Source: a virus
IMG/VR virus record: IMGVR_UViG_3300040801_005525
Coordinates: 18,838 to 82,837 of that record
DNA length: 64,000 nucleotides
Strand: one strand, 5' to 3'
Both the position numbers and the translations under genes were made by a program. Positions 49,416-57,905 of the stretch are shown in pieces. Each line of letters starts with the position of its first letter. Position 1 is the stretch's first letter. A model generated the notes under the pieces. It ran no database searches. It was not told the DNA's origin and saw only the letters and a list, made by a program, of their open reading frames with translations.

Positions 49416-49764
49416 CGACCTCCTGCACGCGTATCTCGACGCGTGGTGTATCCGCTCGCGTGAAGCGCCTGACCCGCAGTTCGCACACCTGCCTGTCGTT
49501 GTCATAGAGCACACCTTCGAGCGCGTCCTGGATCCCCTTGGCGTAGTTGTCCACATCGCCCATGCGGCTCCGGTTCGTAAGGTACACATCGATGTGCAGG
49601 GTCACGAACGCCTTGCCCCAGGAGCGCGCGCCCTCACACAGCGCCGCACCCCCGACCGTGCGCTTCCACACCGTATAGGCAGCCGTGTTTCTTCGCCCCT
49701 TGCCCGCGGTGCGATCCCAGGTCTTTGGGCGCCCTGGGAGTGTCATCTGGAAGGTGCGCATCAC
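49399..49764 (-). CDS. rusA: RusA-like Holliday junction resolvase
   Basis: GDVDNYAKGIQDALEGVLYDNDRQV..PRVEIRV. Confidence 0.9.
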   Translation of the reverse strand: MMRTFQMTLPGRPKTWDRTAGKGRRNTAAYTVWKRTVGGAALCEGARSWGKAFVTLHIDVYLTNRSRMGDVDNYAKGIQDALEGVLYDNDRQVCELRVRRFTRADTPRVEIRVQEVDDAGW

Positions 49765-50315
49765 ATGCTCACATCGCCATAGGGGAGAAAGAGCTCGCGG
49801 AAGCGCAGCCGCCCCAGTGTGCCGCCAATGTAGGTGACCTGCGTCTCGTGCGGCACGCGCTTGAACTGACGCTCGCCCTCATGCTCGGTATAGAACTCCA
49901 CGCGCTCTGAGAGCTTGCAGTGCGCAAACCCCGCGAGCACGCGCCCCCAGCGCGTCGCGTTCACGCTCTTGGTGACGAGGATGAGCTCGTTGACCTCCCC
50001 GTTGATGTAGGCCTCGACCGCGCGCGCGAGCCACACGCCCATGGAGCTCTTCTTGACGCCAAAGCGCGTGGTCATCCGGCAGTAGGGCGGGTTCAGGAAC
50101 ACGGTCGTCTCCCGCCCATGGGTCTGCCAGCACTTCGTGAGGCCATCGTCCTCGGCGGTGAAGAACGTGCGCGCCCCGACGACCTCCTGGGCCTTTTTGC
50201 AGCTCGCCGGGTCGAGGTCGATGCGTCCACCGAGCGCCTCACGGCTCAGGGTCACGAGCCAGGCGGGGGTGTACCACTCGATGTCTTTGGAGAGGTGTTG
50301 GGCGTTGGCGGCCAA
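49761..50315 (-). CDS. Phage DNA N6-adenine methyltransferase
   Basis: EWYTP..IDLDPAS..DDGL..W..VFLNPPY; probable TTG start. Confidence 0.85.
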   Translation of the reverse strand: MAANAQHLSKDIEWYTPAWLVTLSREALGGRIDLDPASCKKAQEVVGARTFFTAEDDGLTKCWQTHGRETTVFLNPPYCRMTTRFGVKKSSMGVWLARAVEAYINGEVNELILVTKSVNATRWGRVLAGFAHCKLSERVEFYTEHEGERQFKRVPHETQVTYIGGTLGRLRFRELFLPYGDVSM

Positions 50316-50406
50316 GGGGATCTCGTGTGCTGTGGGGGGAAGGGAGTGCAGGGGTGACACCGTCGCGAAGGCATCGGTGCGGGGGGTGCAGAGGGGAGGA
50401 GGGGTC

Positions 50407-50850
50407 TTACTCTTCTTCTTTTTTGGGGTCGGGTTTCTGGGCAGGATGGGGTGGCGCGGGGGAGGGCGCAGGCGGCACGGCCTGAGGAGGGCCGGGGAGC
50501 ACATGGCGACGAAAGGGTGGGGGAGAGGGGCGCTGGGGTCGGGGTGTCGTCTTCACGTCGGCATCCTTTGAGGAGAAGGACTCGCGCGCGGCGAGGCCGT
50601 GGAGATCAGAGCAGGGAGGGAGGTGATGAAAGCGCTGCACGGCAGCGAGCTCGCGGGTCAGGTAGGTCACCTGGGCACACAGGGCGTCGTGGGTGGCGCC
50701 GAGCTCCTCGACGAGCTTCAGGATGTGCTTGCAGGTGTAGGCGATGCCTGGCTCACGCCGCTCGAGCACGCGCAGGTCTTGCTTGATGCGCTCGCCTGGG
50801 GTCATCGATGCGTCAGGGGTTGTGTCGGACAAAGCGAGGTATCGATCCAT
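50407..50850 (-). CDS. Hypothetical protein
   Basis: CAGGAG RBS; Pro-rich C-terminus. Confidence 0.55.
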   Translation of the reverse strand: MDRYLALSDTTPDASMTPGERIKQDLRVLERREPGIAYTCKHILKLVEELGATHDALCAQVTYLTRELAAVQRFHHLPPCSDLHGLAARESFSSKDADVKTTPRPQRPSPPPFRRHVLPGPPQAVPPAPSPAPPHPAQKPDPKKEEE

Positions 50851-51034
50851 CGAGCAGCTCCTGCCAGCGGGTCAGCGGTTGGTTGTAGGTCTTGCCGGTC
50901 TGGATGTCGTGGTAGATGACCTCCTTCTGACCGTCTTCATTCGTCGAGAGCATCCACACCCGGTAGAGCCTGCCCTTGTAGTGGCGCCAGAGCTCGTTGC
51001 GATGAGGGGGAATGGGGGTGTCCGGTGTGATCAT
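50813..51034 (-). CDS. DUF1653-family protein
   Basis: WRHYKGRLYRV..VIY..YNQPLTRW. Confidence 0.75.
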   Translation of the reverse strand: MITPDTPIPPHRNELWRHYKGRLYRVWMLSTNEDGQKEVIYHDIQTGKTYNQPLTRWQELLDGSIPRFVRHNP

Positions 51035-51750
51035 GACTCCTCATCGCGTGCAGGGGGTGCCTCGCGCGTATCGATCATCCCATCGCAACCCATTGAGTCG
51101 ACCGTCCATACAACAGGGAGTGGCTCGAGGATGGTCCCATGTGAACACTCCAGGTAGCCGCCTTCAGTGCCGAGGTTGATGATATGGCCCTCGAGCTTCG
51201 CAGGCGCGAGGTCGACGCGCATGAAGTTCAACTCAGGCATATCGGGTTCTGTGTCCCACAGACTCTTCTCATGGATGCGCTCGAAGCGGAACTCATAGGC
51301 GTCTTCGATGCTCTGTGACAGGAGCTCAGCCGCCTGGTCGAGTTGGGCATCCGTCATGTGCGCAACAGGGTTGTATGGTCCCACGAGCGCACACTCCGGA
51401 TACAGCGTGCGGCCCCATTCGAGGGTGCAGGACAGGGGCGTGGCATCGTGCTTGATCTCGAACTCGTGCACGCCCGTCGACTCGTGCTCGAGGTCAGACA
51501 CGCGCGCCTTGAGCGCCTCGATCTCTTCAGCGAGCGTGGGCATCGCGCGCGTCACCCCGAGTGGTACGAACCGCTCGCGGAACGCATGTACCGGGAGCAC
51601 GTGCTTGCCGCCATGCTCGTCCTCATAGAGCACACCGATGTGCGAGCGCAGGCCGCCGTGGATGAGCGGCGCGTCGACGAGCTCGAGCGCGGTGACAATC
51701 AGGCCCGTGGAAGACTCCTTCCACGCCTCGTTTTCCGTGAAGCTGAACAT
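51031..51750 (-). CDS. Hypothetical protein (N-terminus DUF1653-like)
   Basis: GAGG RBS; VLYED..HVLPVHAFRERF. Confidence 0.6.
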   Translation of the reverse strand: MFSFTENEAWKESSTGLIVTALELVDAPLIHGGLRSHIGVLYEDEHGGKHVLPVHAFRERFVPLGVTRAMPTLAEEIEALKARVSDLEHESTGVHEFEIKHDATPLSCTLEWGRTLYPECALVGPYNPVAHMTDAQLDQAAELLSQSIEDAYEFRFERIHEKSLWDTEPDMPELNFMRVDLAPAKLEGHIINLGTEGGYLECSHGTILEPLPVVWTVDSMGCDGMIDTREAPPARDEES

Positions 51751-51771
51751 GGTGGGTTTCCTCTCGTGGAG

Positions 51772-52428
51772 TCAGTCGACCCACACGATGCGGCTCTTGC
51801 CGCCGTGTAGGTGGTTGTGCTCGAGGTCTTTCATGCTGTCGTACACGCTCACGCTCGCGGCCCTGGTGCGCCAGCGCATCACGCACTTCCCGTCCCCGAA
51901 CTTCACGCCCTCGGCGATCAAACCTGTCCCGCTCACGCCGCTCACGTCGTCATCACGCCACAGCTCGAAGCGCGTGCAGGGCGCATCCTGCATGAAGTCG
52001 GGGAAGCTCTGGATGACACGCGGCTTGCCGAGGTCATTCGCCCATCTGGCCGCGGCCGAGACGACACGCTCACGAAGCATCTTCCAGTCCTCGGGGTCAT
52101 AGGGCTTCGAGTCTGTGCGACCCACCCTGAACTTGCCGTTACTGGGCGCGCTCACGTACCAGTTCTTGAAGCGCCCCTCCTCGCACGGCTCGATGACCTC
52201 GAGCGTGCCTCCATACAGCTTGCCCATCCAGCCAAGCGTCACCCAGCAGGGGTGATCATCTGGGGTGCGCCACACGAGCGCGCGCCACGCAGGCAGCTTG
52301 AGCTCGATGAAGGCGTGCAGTGGGATCGACTTCATCTTCGACCCACGCGGCATATAGTGCACCTGACCGTCCTCATCCAGGACCCCCTGTATGGTCGGGG
52401 TGGCGAACTTGAGCAAGATCCTGGTCAT
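51772..52428 (-). CDS. Phage hypothetical protein
   Basis: C-term FELWRDDDVSGVSGTGLIAEGVKFGDG..HGGKSRIVW, a pattern typical of small phage proteins. Confidence 0.65.
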   Translation of the reverse strand: MTRILLKFATPTIQGVLDEDGQVHYMPRGSKMKSIPLHAFIELKLPAWRALVWRTPDDHPCWVTLGWMGKLYGGTLEVIEPCEEGRFKNWYVSAPSNGKFRVGRTDSKPYDPEDWKMLRERVVSAAARWANDLGKPRVIQSFPDFMQDAPCTRFELWRDDDVSGVSGTGLIAEGVKFGDGKCVMRWRTRAASVSVYDSMKDLEHNHLHGGKSRIVWVD

Positions 52429-52823
52429 GTCAAAACCTGTACGCTGACCCAGATGCACACGAGGTGCAGGGTGTTGTCGACGACGATGACGCTCCATGGC
52501 GCCATGTGCTGCTTGAATCCCTTCTGGCCAATACGGTCCATGAGCTTTGGAGCCAGGTCGAAGCGGTCGATGATGAAATGAGGCACGAGGATCGAGAGGT
52601 AGAACCAGGGCGAAAGCGCAGCCTTCGTGCACACCACGAAAGCGAGCGTGTAGAGCAACACGTGCAGCCCACACACGAGCGAGATACGGCGAAGCTTCTT
52701 CGCGCGCAGCACGTCATCACCCTCCATCATCACAGCGCGGCGATGTTTGCCCTGGGCGATGAAGTCGTTCTGAAGCAGGTAGTCCCCTGCCATGTGTGCC
52801 ACGATGAGTTCGAATCCAAGCAT
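52425..52823 (-). CDS. DUF3307-family membrane protein
   Basis: AHMAGDYLLQ..HVLLY..HFIIDR..DNTLH. Confidence 0.8.
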   Translation of the reverse strand: MLGFELIVAHMAGDYLLQNDFIAQGKHRRAVMMEGDDVLRAKKLRRISLVCGLHVLLYTLAFVVCTKAALSPWFYLSILVPHFIIDRFDLAPKLMDRIGQKGFKQHMAPWSVIVVDNTLHLVCIWVSVQVLT

Positions 52824-53915
52824 CAGGTCTCCTTCTTTTCTTTGGGTACCGGGCGATAGCGCACGGGCCTGACGGGCTCCACGACACGACAAAGGACGGT
52901 GCCTTTCTCATCGATGAGCCTTCGCACGCCCATCGTGACGCCCTGTCCTGTGGTGGGGTTCACGAGCTGGAGCTTGCCCTCGATGAGCACGGGGTAGAGC
53001 CCGTCGAGCGGTTTGGTCGTGTCGTAGTAGCGTGGCTTCTCATCACTCAATGCAGACCTCCTTGTGGTGCAGGCTCGAGCCTCTCAAGACGGGCGAGCAG
53101 CACCTTGATGGCGGCATGGTCCTCCTTGTGACGCGCGATGAGCTGGTTGATGTAGATCGGCACGTCGAGCCCGATGAGCTCCACGCTCACCCACCCGAGG
53201 CACACCTGGAGCTGGCGCTCGTGCGTGGCCACAAAACACCCGGCGAAGTGCGCGCCGAGACAGACATGGAGCGTGACGCCTTTTTGTGGGTCAGCATCCT
53301 TTGGAGCAGGCCTCGTGTATCCAAGAATCCGCCCCATCACGCAGACTCCTCGAGCAAGGCGAGCACGCGGCCATGAATGGCCATGGCCCTGTACTCCTCG
53401 CGCTCACTGAGCTGCGCGTGGATGCGGCGGAGCACATCGAGCAGCGCCTCGCCACGGATGATGAGCCCCTCGCGCTGACAGCGCTCGATCTCGACGACGA
53501 GCGCCTCCACATCGAGCATGGACACGGTGTCTCCCTCGACCTCGAGGAACACGTGCCCCTTGCACCACAGCTCGGCGCTCACCTCGTCCATGTGGCGCGA
53601 CTTGACGCGCACCCCTCGGTGCGTGTCGCGCCTGAAAGGACCGAGGGTCGAGTCACGCAGGGAAGCGCCAGCGAGCGCGCCAAGGAGAAGTGTACGGGAG
53701 GATGAGTGCATCTAGAGGGCTCCACGGAAGGCAAGGATGAGTTCGAGGGCACACAGGGCGATCAGCGTGAACACGCACACCGCGATCCACCCGCCCCAGA
53801 TGACAAACCCCTGGTCTCGAGGCAGGGCATAGAGTGTCAGACCAATGAGCGTGGCGCTCACCACGCACTGTGAGACGATGAGCGCAGACTTGAGGGTCGA
53901 AGGGGAGGCCATCAC
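52823..53915 (-). CDS. Four small coupled hypothetical ORFs (52823-53050, 53047-53340, 53337-53711, 53712-53915)
   Basis: Stop/start overlaps in a continuous array. Confidence 0.5.
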
Positions 53916-54505
53916 CGCAAACCTCCCTTGATGTGCCGGTAGCGCTCCACCTCGCGCAGCACATCAGGCACGGCGCGGTGCGTGGAGAGCTCTTCGGTGT
54001 GTTCGACCTGGTAGGGTGTTTCTCGAGCAAGGGTCTCGCAGCTCGTGATGTCCACGTGGCGATAGCTCATGTGCTCGAGCACGCGCGGCATGTGGGCAGC
54101 GAGGAAGCGGCGCTCGAAGTCCGGGTTTCTCCCCCCGAGGTGCACGCGCGACAGGGGCACGTCACATTGCAGGATGGCGCCGAGGAGGCGCTGCTCGACG
54201 ACGCGGCACGAGAGGGTGGGTTGGGTGGCGAGGGCGTCGAGCAGGCCAGAGCGTGTGTGCGTCTCCTTGACCCAGGGGTTATGTTCGACGCGTGCGCGGC
54301 CTGCCTTCGAGAGGGGGAGCCAGGCGTGGAGGTGCACGCCCTGGTCGCCAAGATGTGGGGCACCGGGCATGCTCACGGGCTCGCCCCACACGTCGGTCAA
54401 CAGGAGCGCCACCTCGAGGATCTCGTCGAGCTCGGCGTCAAGTCCTGTGGTCTCGACATCGAGCCACGCGATCAGCGCGCAGGTCTTGTCCTCACTCCCC
54501 TTCAT
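53912..54505 (-). CDS. orn: Oligoribonuclease-like DEDDh exonuclease
   Basis: WLDVETTGLD..ILEVA..HTRSGLL..FERRFLAAHMP..YRHVDITS..HRAVPDV. Confidence 0.85.
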   Translation of the reverse strand: MKGSEDKTCALIAWLDVETTGLDAELDEILEVALLLTDVWGEPVSMPGAPHLGDQGVHLHAWLPLSKAGRARVEHNPWVKETHTRSGLLDALATQPTLSCRVVEQRLLGAILQCDVPLSRVHLGGRNPDFERRFLAAHMPRVLEHMSYRHVDITSCETLARETPYQVEHTEELSTHRAVPDVLREVERYRHIKGGLR

Positions 54506-54884
54506 CGCACGCTCCAGACAAGCGGGGCACCTCGTTGTACTCGAGGTGGCCGAGCAGCGCGCCGAGGCGCTCGAAGCGGCGAATCGGATGCACAGGCTCC
54601 CCATCGACCATGCGCGACACCTCCCAGGCCTTGAGCTCGTTGTGGGTGATGAAGAACTCGAGCCCGGAGAGCTCCACCATAGCGAGCACCTCGGCCTCGT
54701 CATCTGGCTTCCCCATCTCACGCAGCGCGGGCATCGCCCGCATGTGCCAGCTGAGCTCCTCACGCGGGGTGTTGTAGTTCACGTTGTAGGTGTTGGGCTC
54801 GAGCAGCGCATACCCCTTGGGCCAGAGTCCGGACGCTGTACTCGGCTTGCCGGTGGGTGCAGAGGGGGGTGGGGTTTTACTCAT
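54492..54884 (-). CDS. Hypothetical protein
   Basis: Coupled ORF, 130 aa. Confidence 0.6.
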   Translation of the reverse strand: MSKTPPPSAPTGKPSTASGLWPKGYALLEPNTYNVNYNTPREELSWHMRAMPALREMGKPDDEAEVLAMVELSGLEFFITHNELKAWEVSRMVDGEPVHPIRRFERLGALLGHLEYNEVPRLSGACDEGE

Positions 54885-55186
54885 GGATTTTTCTCTTTTG
54901 AGCCTGCACCAGACGTGACAGCTATTCTGGATGGGACAAAGTGAGCACGGCGACGGGAGGCGTCCTCGCGAGAGGGGAAGCTGTGGAGGCAGAAGATGTG
55001 ATGGGCCTGACCGAGCACATAGGGGGCAGTCCTCTCGCCCTTGAGCAGGGTCTTCAGGGTGCCAGCCTGGCAGTCGAGCAGACCTGCCACAGCGTCTTCG
55101 CCCCAGAGCGTGACGGCGCGGCGCGTGGCGAGCGCGACCTCACGGCGATAGGGGCTCGTGCTGGGATGAAGGGGTGGAAAGGTCAT
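54881..55186 (-). CDS. Small HTH-like protein
   Basis: GEDAVAGLLDCQAGTLKTLLKGER. Confidence 0.5.
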   Translation of the reverse strand: MTFPPLHPSTSPYRREVALATRRAVTLWGEDAVAGLLDCQAGTLKTLLKGERTAPYVLGQAHHIFCLHSFPSREDASRRRAHFVPSRIAVTSGAGSKEKNP

Positions 55187-55613
55187 GGAGAGTGTGCCGA
55201 CTTTGAAGAGAGGGTCTCTCGTGGCGACGCCCACGATTCGTGATGAAAGGGAACCTGTCGTGGTGTGCGAGGGGGTGATTCATGCTGGCCAAAGCACAAG
55301 GAGGGTTGTGGTTTGGTGTCCCTTGCACGTTCACGAAGACCTTGCTGTGGCACGAGTCCGAGGGCTCATCGCCGGAGAGAGGCCTCTCTCTTCAAAGAGG
55401 CTACCGAAGTATGTGTGGTGTGATTACTTCATGAGTGTGCTCCGTATGGGTTGCTGCACGCTTGACCGCTGGCGTGTACAGGGCCGTCATGGGTTCACAC
55501 CTGGCCTTGACCTCTTCTCCCCTCGAAAGGGGAGGCTCATGAACGAAAGAGGCGACGGACGCACAGGATACGCTGACGAGGGATGGATTGTGTCGTGTCC
55601 GAAGTACCCCTCC

Positions 55614-55709
55614 ATTCGATCAAAAATGGGGATCGGTGTCAACGGTGAACTGAGCATTATGCTCAGTTCACCGTTGAGCCATGATGAACTGTAAACCGTT
55701 TACAGTTCA
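55614..55709 (-). promoter_or_regulatory. Middle promoter 2 with two upstream palindromes
   Basis: TTGACA-17 nt-TCGAAT (55642-55614); 39-bp palindrome 55639-55677; TGAACTGTAAAC-C-GTTTACAGTTCA (55685-55709). Confidence 0.75.
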
Positions 55710-56762
55710 CATGCCCATCGCGAGCGCGGTCACGACCATCTTGAGCACCTCGAACGCGAGGTTCACACCGATCCCCTGAGCGAGCACAGGCCAGTTCTCC
55801 ATGTGCTTGTAGTAGTGGAACGCGTTCTTGATTGCCTGCATGCTCATGCCATCGTTTTGAGCGTGGGCCACGCACTCCCTGGCCACATCGATGGAGGTCT
55901 TGTTCGTCACATCGACTCGCTCGAGGTAACTCAGGAGCTTGATCATGTCCGCATGAGAGCCATCCTCTTGGCGGTCATTCATCGTGCCCTGCATCAAGTG
56001 CACAAGGTGTCCTTGATAAATGCTGGGATCTTCGATCTTCTCGAATGGAGAGTAGTGTACGGATTGCACCTGAGATACATCACCCAAAGCGCTGGCAACC
56101 TGAAATGTGTTGTGTGATGCGCTATTCTCTATGGTGATGGTCTGAGACTGGTCGATATGAGAGCGCTGTTCACGACGCAACTCATGAGCGATGTACTCAT
56201 CGGCATCCCAACCCTCCTCAACATGCTGGGCAATATCTCGAATCATAAGGCCCAAACCATGCAGCTTTGAAAAACGAAATGGAGCTGTGCCAGCCGCAGA
56301 GAGAACCTTCACTGCGCCTATCCCTTCAAGAACTTCAACAGAGTCATGGATATGATTGATATGATCCTGGCTGAGCTCATCGACCTTCAGATTGAGTGCT
56401 CGGACGATATCACGGCGGTCTACATATCCGCCGTGACGATCACGCAAAGCAATCACAATGGCGTTGAGGATCTCCACAGCAGGGTCAATGGCAGGTCGAC
56501 CGAAAGCTTCTACCCCCTCCATGGTGATTTGATAGCTTCCTTTTCCCTTGATGATAAGCCTTTCCTCAACCAGTTGGGCGAGAGCCCACGAGAGCACCTG
56601 GGGAGCATCAGGGCCATCATCAGGGTCTGGCCTGACCACACTCCAACCGTTGCCCGCTTGGACAAACTCCTCAAGGAGTTCTCGCTTCTTTGCTTTGACT
56701 CGACGTCGAATGGGTTCAACTGACTCCTCTCCACCCTGTTCCTGTTTCACACTCATGCCCAC
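55707..56762 (-). CDS. Lower-GC hypothetical protein with winged-helix-like segments
   Basis: 351 aa; codon usage differs from flanking genes. Confidence 0.65.
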   Translation of the reverse strand: MGMSVKQEQGGEESVEPIRRRVKAKKRELLEEFVQAGNGWSVVRPDPDDGPDAPQVLSWALAQLVEERLIIKGKGSYQITMEGVEAFGRPAIDPAVEILNAIVIALRDRHGGYVDRRDIVRALNLKVDELSQDHINHIHDSVEVLEGIGAVKVLSAAGTAPFRFSKLHGLGLMIRDIAQHVEEGWDADEYIAHELRREQRSHIDQSQTITIENSASHNTFQVASALGDVSQVQSVHYSPFEKIEDPSIYQGHLVHLMQGTMNDRQEDGSHADMIKLLSYLERVDVTNKTSIDVARECVAHAQNDGMSMQAIKNAFHYYKHMENWPVLAQGIGVNLAFEVLKMVVTALAMGM

Positions 56763-57361
56763 CCCTTTCGCGTCTTGCCAGCCTGAGGCCAGCTTTTGTT
56801 TCGCTTGTCAGCCCAGTGCCGAATCCCTCCTGTCTCGTGCTCGACAAAGATCTCACCCTCATCGATCAGGGCAATCAGGGACTTGTGGAACCGATCGAGG
56901 TGACGCCCCTCTGGCCATCCACACGCCTGCATCAGGCGCCCTGTCGTGGGCGCTGAAGGAGCCTGCGCAATGGCTTCGAGGATCAGCGCCCTGAAGCGTG
57001 CGCGCTCCTCACGTCTTGCTCGAGCAGCCTCGCGCCTGAGGCGGCGAACGCGCTGCTTGTCCGTCTCCTCCTCGTCTTCCTGGGACTTGACCTCCCACGC
57101 CCGCCAACTTCTTGCGCCGAGCTTGATGACGAGGCCTTGCTCGGCGAGCTGCTGAACCTCACGGTGCAGGGCAATCAACCCCACCCCACGACGATCGATC
57201 TTTTGAATTTGACGAAGGGTCAGTGTCTCGGGCGCAGCCGTGCGCAAGATCTCCAGCACAATCCGTGTGCCGGGGGAATCGGGTGAGTCCTGCATCATGC
57301 CTTCTCTCTTGCTCATGATGTGTATGTCATATCCCATGCCAGGCAGGCGCCATCTCTCCAA
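56753..57361 (-). CDS. Tandem winged-helix-like DNA-binding protein
   Basis: IVLEILR..LTLRQI..LHREVQQLAEQGLVIK and a second similar unit. Confidence 0.5.
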   Translation of the reverse strand: MERWRLPGMGYDIHIMSKREGMMQDSPDSPGTRIVLEILRTAAPETLTLRQIQKIDRRGVGLIALHREVQQLAEQGLVIKLGARSWRAWEVKSQEDEEETDKQRVRRLRREAARARREERARFRALILEAIAQAPSAPTTGRLMQACGWPEGRHLDRFHKSLIALIDEGEIFVEHETGGIRHWADKRNKSWPQAGKTRKGWA

Positions 57362-57477
57362 AAATGGAGCCCGCCTGGCATGGGTGCGTAGTCCACAAGA
57401 CTACTGTACATATTATCAGATGCGCAAGAGGCTTATCGTCAAGGGACGAAAGATGGGGATGTGCCCTCGACACCTCC

Positions 57478-57801
57478 TCACTCTTTGACGCGCCCCGTGG
57501 CGCGGTTGTACGCCTCGCGCAGCTCGGCGTGAATGCGGCCAGGGTGTGCAGGATTACTCGGATCGATGAGGTAATAGGTCGAATGCACGCCATAGTCCGA
57601 GTCGATGGCGTCACGACGAAGCATCAGGATGACGCGGTCGCCATCGAGTCCAAAGCGCCTGATCTCGCTCACGGGGATGTCCTGAATCTGGTCGTCTTCG
57701 GCCTCGAACGTGATGACCACGAGGTCGCCCTCGTTGGTGATGCAGCGCACAGGGTCGCTCATCCTCTCGATGTGCTCGAACGTGTCTTCAAGGGTGTGCA
57801 T
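57478..57801 (-). CDS. Hypothetical protein
   Basis: AAGGAG RBS. Confidence 0.6.
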   Translation of the reverse strand: MHTLEDTFEHIERMSDPVRCITNEGDLVVITFEAEDDQIQDIPVSEIRRFGLDGDRVILMLRRDAIDSDYGVHSTYYLIDPSNPAHPGRIHAELREAYNRATGRVKE

Positions 57802-57905
57802 GGCTCTCTTCTCCTTTGCATGCTCCCGCCATGCACGGCGTGTGCAGAGGGGGGAGGGGGGTAGTTTTCTTCAGGATGCTCAAGCACGCTGGCGCGCAAG
57901 CGCTC

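Noticed and set aside
55639-55677. Protelomerase (telRL-like) site
   Set aside because: Odd-centred palindrome whose core recurs at two other loci, one of them beside the same promoter architecture; no protelomerase in the window. An operator or parS site fits better.
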